Shown piece after piece: positions 23,715 through 36,672 of a DNA stretch of 64,000 nt (the stretch's first letter is position 1; each line of letters opens with the position of its first letter). Location: positions 98,952,001-99,016,000 of the forward strand of contig NC_043005.1 of the NCBI RefSeq assembly GCF_006345805.1, in the 5' to 3' direction. Source of the DNA: Octopus sinensis (taxonomy: Eukaryota). The notes under the pieces are model-generated. The model had not been told where the DNA came from. It ran no database searches and saw only the letters and a program-made list of their open reading frames with translations. A program made the translations under genes and the position numbers.

Positions 23715-24587
23715 GTGATAAAAAAATGGAGCTGACCCAAAATGCCGATTCTGTAATGATGAGATTGAAACTATAGACCACCTAATCTCAGAGTGTAGAG
23801 TCTTAGTACCTGTAGAATATAAAGCAAGACATGACAGAGTCGGCCAGTATTTACACTGGACAATATGTCGGCATTATAAAATCAAAACCGCTGACAAATG
23901 GTATAAACACCATCCTGAAGCTGTGACTGAGGGAGAAAATGTGTCGATTCTATGGGACTTCCCCGTGCAGACCGACAAGACTATAAAAGCTAATAAACCA
24001 GATATTATTATAAAAGATCAGACAAAAAAGACGTGCTTATTAATTGACATGAGTATTCCTTGTGATCACAATATAGTGGCAAAAGAATTTGACAAGATCT
24101 TTGGTTTCAATACGAAAGGTGTTCTTCCACCAGGATAATGCTCAGCCACATACAGGGAGGATGACATTCCAAAGACTGGAATATAAAGACTTGCTAATAG
24201 AAATTGAAAAAATGTGGCATCTCAAGGCGACTACAATACCAGTGATTGTAGGAGCTCTAGCAATGATAAAAAAAAGGTACTGAAACCTATTTGAAAATGA
24301 TACTAGGCTTACATTCCTACAGGAAGTGCAAAAAATCATATTAACTGGAACGGCTCATGTACTGAGAAGAGCATTATCGCTGTGAAAACAACATCCATTC
24401 ATGAATTTATTTATTAATCTTTTAAATACATATTTTACCTGTGAATTTGCATGTGTAATCTTGAAATGCATACAATGAGCTTTTCTGCCCTAGGTGTACG
24501 GAAAACACTCGGTGAGAAATGGAAGAAAATTTGAAGAAAGAAGGAAAAAAAAAAAATAATAATAATAATAATGATAATAATAATAAT
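23715..24587 (+). mobile_element. R4/Dong-clade LINE 3' end (CCHC plus RLE endonuclease, (AAT)n tail)
   Basis: KCRFCNDEIETIDHLISECRVL...YKARHDRV, ILWDFPVQTDKTIKANKPDIII, LLIDMSIP, YKDLLIEIEKMW, IPVIVGAL. Confidence 0.92.
24101..24180 (+). other. 80-bp mariner transposase fragment inserted in the Dong endonuclease
   Basis: Encodes KVFFHQDNAQPHTGRMTFQRLE; over 90% identical by eye to minus-strand 27603-27683; no TIRs. Confidence 0.9.
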
Positions 24588-24845
24588 GCCCTGATGCAGT
24601 ACCAGGCAGTAGCTTTCATGGCTTCTGATCTTAACTGATTTGAAGTGTTATCATGTCCATTGTTTTGTCTTGGTATAAAAGATGGGCTACAGCAAATATT
24701 CTGCTGAATACCACAGATTTGCTTGTCAGTTGTTTGACCTTAACCAGTTGACCATGTCCCTTAGTGGCTGACGATATGTGCATCTCTCATCACGAGCAGA
24801 AGTAATGGGGGAGCATCATAGCCATGTGTTGAGAGGAATTCTTGG
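24588..24845 (+). repeat. Interspersed repeat family E
   Basis: Matches 21170-21390 in inverted orientation. Confidence 0.8.
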
Positions 24846-24986
24846 ACCATGACTGTCACTTGCCAGCAGTTCACTCAGTTTCTTTATTTCATTGAAATGC
24901 ATCAGTCCACTTTTGGTTATGTGATGGTGGTCAGGATCCTTCCACAACAATTTTTAACAAGAAATCACAAATACAAGATGATTGAG

Positions 24987-25376
24987 CATGTAATGGTAAG
25001 GACCGAATAGAGCTGGCCACTGCTGCGGACCGCGTCCCTCACATGTAATGGTAAGGACCGAATAGAGTTGGCCACTGCTGCGGACCGCGTCCCTCACATG
25101 TAATGGTAAGGACCGAATAGAGCTGGCCACTGCTGTGGACCGCGTCCCTCACATGTAATGGTAAGGACCGAATAGAGCTGGCCACTGCTGCGGACCGCGT
25201 CCCTCACATGTAATGGTAAGGACCGAATAGAGCTGGCCACTGCTGCGGACCGCGTCCCTCACATGTAATGGTAAGGACCGAATAGAGCTGGCCACTGCTG
25301 CGGACCGCGTCCCTCACATGTAATGGTAAGGACCGAATAGAGCTGGCCACTGCTGCGGACTGTGTCCCTCACATGT
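24987..25376. repeat. GC-rich minisatellite, 7 x 55 bp
   Basis: Unit CATGTAATGGTAAGGACCGAATAGAGCTGGCCACTGCTGCGGACCGCGTCCCTCA, starts at 24987 + 55n, 4 substitutions in total. Confidence 0.97.
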
Positions 25377-25569
25377 CCAAATGATGTTTCATTTTAAGAA
25401 ATTTCTAGTGATTGCAGAGGTGTCCCATGAGTGTGGTCTTGGTCATAATGTTTGTCTGCACTGAGTGGAAGGAATATTGTTCATAGGATGGTGTTGCCAG
25501 TTGAGACCTGGGGTCTGTTGTAGATGCACCTGGGTGTTTGTGGAAGTTGTGATCTTGAAAAGATGTTGG

Positions 25570-25669
25570 TAGTGATGATGATGTTGATGATAATGATGAT
25601 GCAGATGATGATGTTGATGGTGCAGATGATAATGATGATGGTGCAGATGATGATGATGATGATGCTGCA

Positions 25670-25712
<43 letters not shown>

Positions 25713-25895
25713 GTGCAGATGATGATGATGATGAGGATGATGATGGTGGTGACGATGATGCTGCAGATGATGATGATGATGATGATGATGCAGATGATGA
25801 TGATGATGAGGATGATGATGGTGCAGATGATGATGATGTTGATGGTGCAGATGATGATGATGATGGTGCAGATGATGATGATGATGGTGCAGATG

Positions 25896-25927
<32 letters not shown>

Positions 25928-26200
25928 GATGATGATGATGGTGTGATGATGATGATGATGATGATGGTGCAGATGATGATGATGATGATGGTGCAGATGA
26001 TGATGATGATGTCAGCAATGGCAATGATAATGATGGGATGATTATGATAGTTATAATGAATATGATGGGGCTGCAATGATGCGGAAGATTGTGATGACGA
26101 CAAAGATGATCGTTATGGTGATGATGCCACAACTAGTTGTAATGATGATGATGATGGTGACAATGATGAAGATGAAGATGAAGATGAGGAACAGGAAGAG
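25570..26200. repeat. Interrupted (GAT)n microsatellite with recurring GGTGCA
   Basis: Direct inspection; yields the poly-M/H/S/D frames. Confidence 0.95.
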
Positions 26201-26836
26201 TATGATGTAGGAATGTTTGATATTGGAGAGACGGACAGCCATAGTAAATGTGATGGAGGTGAAGATGAAGAATACAATTTAGAATGTTGATTAAACTCCA
26301 CTTTTCTATAAACCAATTCTTCATCTCTTTCTCACATTGAAACTAGTTTCATTTTGATTTAATCTGTGAATTTAATTAAAGATTAATTTCCAAGTCAGTC
26401 CAACGTTCCCATGCCCATCACTGTATCAAATTGTTATCACCAAAATACATAAAATATGGCCAACAGATCTCAGTTTACAATTTGATATTGCTTTTCTACC
26501 TCACATATCATATTTCCTAGCACTACCACACCAACAGTAGCATTATTACCACTACACACCACCACCTCCTCTAACACTAACAATAACCACAACATAACCC
26601 CTACCTCTTACCAGAAGAAGTAACAACAGTAACCCCCCCACTACCACTAACAACAACAGCAGCCCCTCCAGCCCCACAAGCCTACCACAATCAGTACAAG
26701 GGCAAACAATGACATCAACAGACATACCACAATCACCACCACCATACCCACACCACCACTACCACCACAACCACTGTCGTCAAAATTCTTGTCATTAAAT
26801 AATTGTTATTTAATTATTAATTTATAATTGAGGAAT

Positions 26837-26929
26837 CCCATGCTGAAGAGCCGAAAATGGTCGGGTAAGGTCTAATTATTTATTATTTACGCTTTATACT
26901 GATCTAATTCCGAAACGTACGTACGTGGG
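26837..26929 (+). ncRNA. Hammerhead-like motif with long insertion in stem II
   Basis: CCCATG-CTGAAGA-G...C-GAAAC-GTAC-GTA-CGTGGG. Confidence 0.4.
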
Positions 26930-27276
26930 TAACCTAATATAGAATGACTTTCATTGTTTTTTCCCTTTTGCCTGCGTGGTTTGTTTTCAAGTGCTTTGGT
27001 TTTTCTGGGAACCCCCTTTAAAGTAGAAGGAATAGCTAAGATTTTTTGACTGCTATTTCTAAACTTCGGTATGTGGGGAAGCAAATCGTTGCTGAACCCT
27101 AATTATATAGTATTACTTAAGCTTACCATGAAATGGTCCTTTTCATGCCGAATTCTACTTAGTGAAGTTACTGATTACTTCTTAATTAATTAATTTCATC
27201 CTTTGTTATTATATATATATATATATATATACACACACATATATATACATGTATATATATATAAATATATATTGTA

Positions 27277-27307
<31 letters not shown>

Positions 27308-27320
27308 GTATATATATATA

Positions 27321-28530
27321 TTGGGTTATCCCATAAATTATGTGGATTTTTTTATACTTCTTTTATTTTTTAAAATTAAAATAAAGTTCTTTTTTAAGTC
27401 ATCTGGTAGACTTGCAAAGACCCTCTTCCAAAATTCCCTTGTCCATGATAAAAAATACTCATCCAGTACTGTTTTGACATCATCTACAGAATTCATTTTT
27501 TTCCTGTCCAAATGATTTTGATGACTGGAATAAATGATAATCAGATGGGGCAATGTCCGGCGAATATGGTGGGTGGTGCATCGTTTCCCATTCTAACTGC
27601 TCCAGTCTTTGGAATGTCAGCCTCCCTGTGTGTGGCTGAGCATTATCCTGATGGAAGAACACCTTTCATCTTGAAACCAAAGATGGTCAGTTTTCTTCTA
27701 GTGCTGACTTAAACCACTCAAGCTGCTCACAGTAGATCTCCTTTATTATCATTTGATTTGGGTTTAAATGTTCAAAGTGGACTAAACCTTTTATATCCCA
27801 CCAAACAGATAACAACACCCTATGTGGGTGAAGAATTTCTTTAAGCTGGGGTGCCAGTGTTTCTCCTTTCCCCACCCACTGTTTTTGGTGCTTGACATTT
27901 TTATAGAGAAAACCATTTCTTGTCACCAGTTACCATTTGGTCAAAAAAAGGTTTATTCATGAGACGTGACAGCAAAGAAGAGCACACATTCACTCTTTGC
28001 ACATGATTAGACTCAGAAAGTTTGTGAGGAACCCATCGACCCAATTTGCTGATTCTTCTGATGGCACGCAGGTGTCAATGAATGGTTGAATGACCAAATC
28101 CATGCTTCTCTGCTAATTTTTGCAGGACGTCCTTGTTGAGCTCTACAGGTCTTCCAGGATGAGACTTGTCTTCTAGACTGTAGTTTCCAGCTCAGAATTT
28201 CTGGAACCACTGTTGACACTGGTTTATGCTTATTGACAAATCCCCATATACTGCATTAATATTCCTCACACTTTCCATTGTGTTGTTGCTTTTATTGAAT
28301 TCATAAAGCAATACATGCTGAATATGCTCCTTTCTCACTTTCAATATAGCTTTGAAAAAATAACTGTTAAAATCGAACTGCATTCTTCAAAACTTGCACC
28401 AAGGATAAGTACAAGGTAAAATTACTACCTGCTTTTATAATTTAGCAAGATGATGGAGGTAGTTTATCCCACCCCCTCCGACTTTTAATTCATGCCATTA
28501 AAAAAATACATTATTTATGGGATGACCCAA
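27321..28530 (-). mobile_element. Full-length decayed mariner (DD34D) transposon
   Basis: TIRs TTGGGTTATCCCATAAATTATG / CATTATTTATGGGATGACCCAA; WVPHKL, VTGDKKW, FFHQDNAQPH, YSPDIAPSDYHLF; frameshifted. Confidence 0.95.
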
Positions 28531-28894
28531 GATATATATATATAACTATGATATTTTTGTGATCTGATGAGCTAGCTTTATTTGCTTTCAGTTGTGAATA
28601 TACAGTTGTATTGTATAATACATAACATGCATATTAATGCAAACATAATTTTATTCTACACTGAACCTACTACTACATGAAGAAGGTTGCAAAACAGCTG
28701 TAACCCTAAGGATGTCAAGTAGTTAAATAAATATATTCATCTTTCATACCTCCTGGCATTTTATGGTATATATATATATATATATATATCTCATCATCAT
28801 AATTTTTATAAAGTGGTTTCTGTATATTTCACCTTAGTGTCATGCACTAATAACAGTGTGATATACAATACCACGGAATGAGGCAGCCACCAAT

Positions 28895-30182
28895 TGTCTC
28901 CCCTTCATGTATTTCCAAAAACTCTACCAACAACTGTAGCCAATCCAAAACAACTCTCAAAGAACTATAACAACTTCTCAACAATTTCCTGTGACTCCAC
29001 GACACCTTTTGACTTCCTGCAATTTCTCATCTGTCGCTCTCAATCAAACATGCTGCTACTTTTAAGAGTTTGGCTGCTCAATTCTTACAGGAGGTGTTAT
29101 GATTCTCTCTATATCATCTCCCCTTTTGAGATTTGATTTCTGTAGGAAGTGCAGATTGTTTATTTAATTTTATTCCATTGTTTTTCGTCATCAACTGTCC
29201 CTTTTTTTGAGATTTTAGTTTCCTCAGAAGTTTTAATACTTCTTTCACTTAGGGACTATTTCTAGTTGCTCTGTTTGTTTACATTTTCAATTGCTGATCC
29301 CACCGAAGTCCAACCTCTTTTGGTATTGGAACATTGAATAAGTCATAACAAACTTCCATAGGTATTTCCTCTCTTTCTTTGGTATGTCTAACCTTCAACT
29401 GGTTCAAACGTCGTTTGTGCTTCCCTATTTGACCTTTTATTATGTATATCATACTGCCTATTCTTTTCATCACTATACTGTCCTTCCAACCTTGTCTTCT
29501 ATTTTTATATATTTTGGAATCAACCTTGTCTCCCACATCAAAATACTTTGTTGTGTTTTCCCCATAAGTTTTTTCGTAGGTAACAATTTATCAAAAATTG
29601 ATTTTAGCTTCTGGGCAAATATTAGCTCAGTGGATGATTTGTATGAACAGGTGTTCAGGTTAGGTGTTACTCTGTAAATCCTTAAGATTTGAGTCAGTGC
29701 TGCATCATTATCTAATTCATTTCCTGATTTTTTTAGCATTTGCTTAAATGTGTCTACTAACGTTTCCTGCTTGCCCATTTGATCTTGGGTGGTATGGCAG
29801 AGAAGAGATGTGATTGATTGCATAGCTCTCACAGAACTTTCTAAATTCATACCCCGAAAACTATGTTCTGTTGTCCGATACTATGGTGTCTGGGGCACTG
29901 TATCATGGAATAAGTTCGTGAAGGAATCTTATTGTTACCTTCAAGGTTGGTCTCCACTTGATGTACTCCCAAATACTCTGCCAACAACTGTAACCAATCC
30001 AAAACAGCTCACAACGAACTATAACAACTTCTCAACTATTTCCTCCGACTCCACAAACTCACGAATGACACCTTTTGACTTCCTGCAATTTCCCATCCCT
30101 CACTCTCAATCAAACACACTGCTACTCATACAAGTTTGGCTGCTCCATTCTCACATGGGGTGTCATGATTCTCACCATAACA
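28895..30182 (-). mobile_element. Miniature Ty3/Gypsy relic: LTR (30182-29949), integrase remnant, PPT, LTR (29114-28895)
   Basis: Two homologous 220-234 bp TG-started repeats; PDTIVSDN, YHPRSNG, LVDTFKQMLKK, RIYRVTPN; CAAAAGGGGAGA PPT before the left LTR. Confidence 0.85.
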
Positions 30183-31472
30183 ATCATCGTCATCATCATT
30201 TAATGTCTGTCTTCTATGCTAGAATGGACAGTTCAGCATGATCCAACAACCCTAACCCTAACCCCTCTGTGTTTTGGCCTGATTTCTACAATTGGTTGCC
30301 CTTCCTAACCCCAAAAACTTTACAGAGAGTACAGGATGCATTTGTTTTTGTTGCACTAACACTAGCAAAGTTATCAAGAAACTCACAGAATGAGACCCTA
30401 CCCCTTGAGTGAAGTGGGGGTGAAGTATTGAAAGATGTTGCTTTGTGTCAGGTGTTGAGAGGTTAAGATATGATAGAAGGACAAGAATATACATATAGGG
30501 ATATGTATTTATGTGTATGTGAAAACTAGTGCATTTGAACAGTAATACTCTGCAATATTTGAGTCTAGTTCCCACTTAATGCCTACATTAACATTTAGTA
30601 TTTTCAAAGTTCAATGAAATATGTATCTGGTAAACCAGGGTCATTAATAATCAACTAAAGGCTATTGAGGGCAGTGCTCCAGCATGGTCTATTAACAGTT
30701 CAATTACAGAAACCAGTAAGTGTAGAAGAAAGTTGGAACTGAACTCAGAATGTGAAATATGATGCTAAATGTTGTAAAATAGTTTACCATTCTCTATTAA
30801 CTCACCTCTATAATATTAATCTCTGCAGGAGAGATGTGTAAAGTCAATTGAATGAAGCCTCAATGCATGTATTGTACTTATCAAACCCCAGGAATATAGA
30901 GGTCAAAGTTGAAGCTAGAATATATAAAAAAATCAGATGAAATACTTTAAGACATTCAGTTGAATGGTCTCCAATTCCTGCCAACCTACATCCTGTTGCA
31001 CAAATAAGAACAATATTTCACGATAACAGTTCTATGACTGTAGACATGTGATGAATACTCTATGGCTGTTGTCTGCTTCAACTGACACAGTCTCTAAAGC
31101 CATATGTCTGGTTATCTACAAACACAGCAGAACAATATTATAATATTATTTTGAAGCACACAATCTCTCCTGTCTGATACGAACAAACAAAAGACACACA
31201 TATGTATCAAAATAATTGTGGCATCAGTTGCCAAACTAGATCAGACTTCACAAATGAATCAAAATGATTCTGACTGATTTTATCTTGTCTCTGTTACTAC
31301 TGCAGTTAGCCCTGCAGTCTTTAATCATACATAAACAGACCAGAGAGGGAAATCAATGCTATACATCCAGTCTTCCTCACAGTATTTTATAGTAAACTAT
31401 TACTGCATCAGTAATACAGTTAAAAGAGGATCTTGATATGTAACATTGAAGAATAATAATAGAAAATAAGGT

Positions 31473-31712
31473 GGTGAGGTGGCAGAAATGTTAGCACACC
31501 GGGCAAAATGCTTAGCGGTATTTCATTTGCCGCTACGTTCTGAGTTCAAATTCCACCGAAGTCGACTTTGCCTTTTATCATTTTGGGGGTTGATTAAATA
31601 AGTACCAGTTACGCACTGGGGTCGATGTAATCGACTTAATCCCTTTGTCTGTCCTTGTTTATCCCTTCTATGTTTAGTCCCCTGTGGGCAATAAAGAAGT
31701 AAAGAAATAAAT
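31473..31712 (+). mobile_element. SINE family B, variant with Tx1-like 3' tail
   Basis: Family head and body plus tttgtctgtccttgttt...aataaagaa tail. Confidence 0.9.
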
Positions 31713-31849
31713 AATAGAAAAGTTTGAAAACTTATGTGACATTAGCAACAAAAGAAAACCAATTCTGGATATTGTGTAGTGTTAGCAACACTGGAAGATA
31801 AAAGAAATATTATTTATACATTAGCACTGCAAAACAAATTCTTCAAGCC

Positions 31850-32010
31850 AGGCCACCTGGCAGGAGTCCTAGGGTTAGACCAAGAATGAGATGACTGGAT
31901 AATAGCCATAGTTTCAGTTGGTTATCCTTGGGAATCCAGCTGGAAAAATGTAATGGAGGAAGTGACTGAGGAGTCTACCCCCATGAATAGTGGGCAGAAA
32001 AGATGGATGG
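31850..32010 (+). mobile_element. RTE-like LINE 3' fragment
   Basis: Resembles the GRPRMRWLD-type RTE C-terminal motif (PRVRPRMR*LDN); heavily decayed. Confidence 0.5.
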
Positions 32011-33410
32011 ATGGATTAACAACTCTGGGAAAAGAGCAGCAATGAAAAAGAATTAGCATTAACATGATTAAATAAAAGAAACTGAGTTTTAATCAATATA
32101 GTGTTAGAAACAGTAAAAGCAACTAAAAAGACAAATAGCAATTGTTACATTGGTTGATAATTCTAAACATTAGCAACATTGAAACTTTAAACTAAAATGT
32201 AATCATTCAACTTGAGCCAAAATATAAATATAACATTGATTTCTAACATTCCTATGGTGGTATTGATTCTCACATATGATATAACATAAGCAACACTTGA
32301 TAAAGAATATAATATGCCTTTAAGTAAGATTGAAAAAATATTACTACAAAATTACAACAAAAACTCATGCAATATTAGCAACAATGAAAAGCAAAGTATG
32401 AAGCCATTTCAGTAGAAAGAAACATATGTAACATTTGAAAAAAGTAAACCTATAAAAAGGGATTAAAGATTGCCAAAACTGTAAAGTAACCAAATAGTAA
32501 TGTTGAAAAGCAGCATTGAGAAAGAAGGACAAGAATGTAAAAATATTCAGAATGAAAGAAGAAAAAAAAAAGAAAGAAAACTGGAGGGAAATTAAAAAAT
32601 AAAAAAAAAGTTTGTATGAGAAAGCTAAAAAGAAATCCGTTGATGTCATTAAGTACATAAGAACAAAGAAGCAGAGGAGAACAAGTAAATAAACAGACAT
32701 TGCTTTTACAAGATCAACAAAAGTGGTGTAATGAAATTAACAAATTTATAGGATAAATAACTGAATCAATAAATCTCAGCCAAGAAAAGCTATCATATAA
32801 AGCTTTCCTTCTTCCATATAAACGATGATGATGATGATGATGATATAGATGTTCTCTGTTAACAACATTCTACAATGTTGGAAAAAATCAAAAATCAAAT
32901 GCTGCAAGAAAACAAAACAAAGTAGTTTGCCATATAGCTTATTTCAGATGTCTTCATGTTTCTTTAGTTTTTGAGGGGTTTTTGCTGGTCCTCTTATCAT
33001 GTGACAAACAAGATAATAAACAGAACCCACCCCTGCTGTTAAATGTCACTTGATGTAAATCACATGATACATCTATTACACAAACACACTCACACACACA
33101 CACACATATATCATCATCATCTTCATCCTCTTTTCTGTACCTGCGTGGGTGAGATGGAATTCATTGAAGCAGAATGTCTAAATCTGGATGTCCTTCTTGA
33201 TTCCAAGTAAGGAAACATTTCCTCATGACCAGACATGCTTTTACTGAAGATTAGAAACAAACAACACAGCTTGTATGAGAGTGAAACTCATCTACAACTA
33301 CCATCTGATATCCAGACAAGGAGACACCAACTCACCACCGCAAGAGTACACACACACACACACACACGTATTACAGACTTCTTTCAGTTTCCATTTATTA
33401 AATCCATTTA

Positions 33411-33922
33411 CTGTAAATCCTCGAATATAATCTGCACTTTTTTCCCAAAATTTAAAGGTCAAAATCCCTAGTGCGTACTATATACGAGGTTAAAAATGAT
33501 AATTATTTTCTAAGCAATGTCCGAGTCTCTATTTGCTGTCCAGCAATGTTTATTCAGATGCATTTTGTGATGTCAGGTGCGAAAATACCTTAAGCTAAGC
33601 CTGAAAGCAATGAAGTCATAAAATAATCATCCATAACTTGCAGTTAGCAACATTTATTAAACGTTATTACTGTTATTTCTTTATTTTCTATTAATAAAAT
33701 GCACAAAAAAGCTACATGTTTGCATTATGTTATATGTACAATAATAATAAAGGACGTTACCGTATACAGTTTTACAAACCAAGGACGTTATATAGACTTC
33801 CTTGACTGAAGTTAGAGAAGGGGTGCGTATTATACACAAGGTTTAGGTTTTTCAGAGTTACAGCTCCCTAAAAATCCCCTGCGTATTATACTTAAGGGCA
33901 GACTATACTTGAGGATTTATGG
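33411..33922. mobile_element. 512-bp Tc2/pogo-like MITE inserted at TA within a family A SINE
   Basis: Same TIRs and length as 6931-7442. Confidence 0.92.
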
Positions 33923-34479
33923 TATATGTCTTCAGTTGGCTATCATAGAAGACATAATATCATACAGTCAAACGGAAAATAAAGCCATGAGGTTGAAATG
34001 ATCTCCCTTCCAGAGAACATAACATAAACACTAAATAACAACTACGACCAACACACGCACACACACTTACATGCGTATATGCATGCTTGTCTGTATGGTT
34101 AAATGGCTTGATAACTAATCACATGGTTTCAAGCTTGCTATCTGATCACATTGTGTGGTATCTTAGGCAAGTGTCTTCTGCTACAGCCCTGAACAGACCA
34201 AAATTTTGGAAGCCGATTTGGTAGATGGTAACTGAAAGAAGACTATTGTGCATGAGCGTGTGTGTGTGTGTGTGCACAATCGCATGTATGAGTGTGTGTT
34301 TGTGCATGTATATGTGTATGTGTCTCCTTGTCTCATATAAATAAATGTCGTTATTGTACAAGCTTTGTTTTTTCTTTCCAATCTTTCATGGAAAAGTGGA
34401 CATTAAAATGAAGATGATATTTTATTGATAAAATACATTATAGCATCATAACAGCCAAATTACTAATTGGTTTCACCAT

Positions 34480-34990
34480 GGGTAGTATGCCAATGGAGGT
34501 CTCCAGTGGCAAAGAGGAGGATTTCTGAAAGTATATTTGCTAGAATATGAACCGGATGGAGCAAGTTCTGAGAGTTTTTATCTTTGTTGGAAATAAATGA
34601 TTTCTCTCTCAGATTGAAAGGTAGATTGTATGACGTTTGGGTATGAACTATAATGTTATATAGTGGTGAAAAATGGGTCCTGCATGCAGCACACATACAA
34701 CAGCAAATGAATCTTGCATACTTTATTAGATGTATTTAGAAAAAATAGGGCATAAGAAGTATCTAATGTACTGCACAAAAAATGAGGCTGTGACATGTGA
34801 TGCATATGGATGAGAATAGTTCTATAAAGAAGTACCAATCACTTAAAGTGGATGGAACTTGTGGAAGAAAGGAACCTGGGGTGAAGCCTTGAAAGCTAAT
34901 CTAAGTAATTTGAGCCTCACAGAGAAAATGACAATGGATCGAAATGATTGGAGACATGTGGTGGTGCTTGAGAAGAGCTGTGGATTTTAG
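34480..34990 (+). mobile_element. RTE-X-like LINE 3' fragment
   Basis: Frameshifted FLSLLEINDFSLRLKGRLYDVWV.TIMLYSGEKW; same family as 1-660. Confidence 0.75.
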
Positions 34991-36559
34991 TGAAACTGAG
35001 ATTCTAGAAACACAACATATATACATATACCTACCAACCTATCTACCTATTTATGTAACACATGGCATGAAACTGCCTCCTTCACTACTACACCCCAATT
35101 TAGTTGAGTTGTGGGGTGTGCTTGCCCTTGTTCCAGTACTGCTAGTGACACAAATAAAGCACCCAGTACTCTTTGTAAAGTGGTTGGCATTAAGAAGGAC
35201 ATCCATTCAGAAGTAGATAGACATTGGAGCTCAACAAAGTCCTCCAGGCTACTGGATCCAGTCCAACCTATCAATAATGTAAAGGATGAATGTTAAACGA
35301 CAATGATGATAGTGAAGATATATTCACTCCCTGACCCCTTGCCCAATTTCTTCTTCAAGTCTTCTCTGACGTCCATCATTTCTCCAACCCTGTCCCCACT
35401 CCATTACCTTCAAAATTGCAGTTTTCTCTTTGCATATTTCACAATCTTTCTCACTTTCTAGAACCACTTTTTACTTTTGTCCCTCTCCACTCACATTTTA
35501 TACTGATCACCCTTCACTTGCATCAAATTATCTCCCTTTCTCAACTACATCTCTCGTTCTTCCTATGCACTATGCCTCTCCCTTCTCTCTCATAGAACCT
35601 CCCTCCTCCTCCCATCCTTCCTATGTCTACTGTATTATTAGTACAATTCTGCTATTCTTCATCCCCACGGTCACCACTCTCCTCTACCTGCTTCTATCTC
35701 ATATTGATCACCCCCTCTACCCTTATATATTATTCATGATCTCTACCCTTCAACACTACCCATTCTCTATAGTCATGATATTCTCAAAGGGCATCTAGTC
35801 ATAGAAACAATGCAAAGCTGATATTGGAATATAATGCAATCTGGGCCTTTTAGATCCTGTCAAACCATCCAACACATACCAGTATGGAAGATGAATGTTA
35901 AAAGAGGATAATGATGATGATGATGATGATGGTGTGCACGTGTGTGTGTATGTACATGTATGCATGCGTATGTATGTCAGGTTGCTCTTGGGTACTACTA
36001 GTAACATGTAACCCAGTAGAATTTGTTGCATGTTCAAGTCATCGGAGACGAAACTGGCAACCCTACCAACCTTGCTCGGTGTGGAGGGTGATTGCTGGCC
36101 ACCCTACAGGACAAAAAAATAAGACCTGTCAATGGGTGGAAGAGTACATGAGCTGTCAACAGCCATCCAACATATGTGTATATGTGTATACATGCATGTA
36201 TGTATGTGCAGGGACATGAAAATACCTGGGCTGGTGTCCAGGCACACAGTTGGCCCACTGGGAGTGGGAGGTCCTTCAGTTCTTGTTACAACATCTCTCT
36301 AGGAAAGGAAAACTCTGAAAGAAAACCTGCGACACTGACAATATTCAATGATGTAGATTTGTACTTTTTTGTGAGTTTATGTTGTCCATGTTCAGAGAGT
36401 GGGATTGGATTTGTGCAAATCCTTTCCTCACTATAAAAAAAAATCATCATCCACAGGCATTGCTTGAAAAGAAAAGTAAGACCTATCACAAAATGGCTGG
36501 TCATAGCCTTTGCATGTGTGGGACTTTATAGGCAATAGCAATACTCAAACACGAGTTTG

Positions 36560-36638
36560 CAGCCATCATATATGTATGTATGTATGTATGTATTTATGTA
36601 TGTATGTATTTATGTATGTATGTATGTATGTATGTATT

Positions 36639-36672
<34 letters not shown>

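Noticed and set aside
24987-25376. CRISPR array, or HDV/twister/pistol ribozyme concatemer (GGACC..GTCCCTC..GTAATGG resembles the HDV 3' region)
   Set aside because: Units are contiguous with no spacers and no cas genes; no P1/P3/P1.1 arrangement or catalytic C could be built
25405-26324. Long poly-Ser, poly-His and poly-Met ORFs
   Set aside because: All frames derive from one (GAT/ATC)n microsatellite
31036-31091. C/D snoRNA (GTGATGA at 31048, CTGA at 31082, 6-bp flanking stem)
   Set aside because: Too short, no C'/D' boxes, and only an 8-9 nt possible rRNA complement
32365-32700. 111-aa hydrophobic ORF as a membrane protein
   Set aside because: Antisense of A-rich low-complexity DNA, with F/L bias from T-runs
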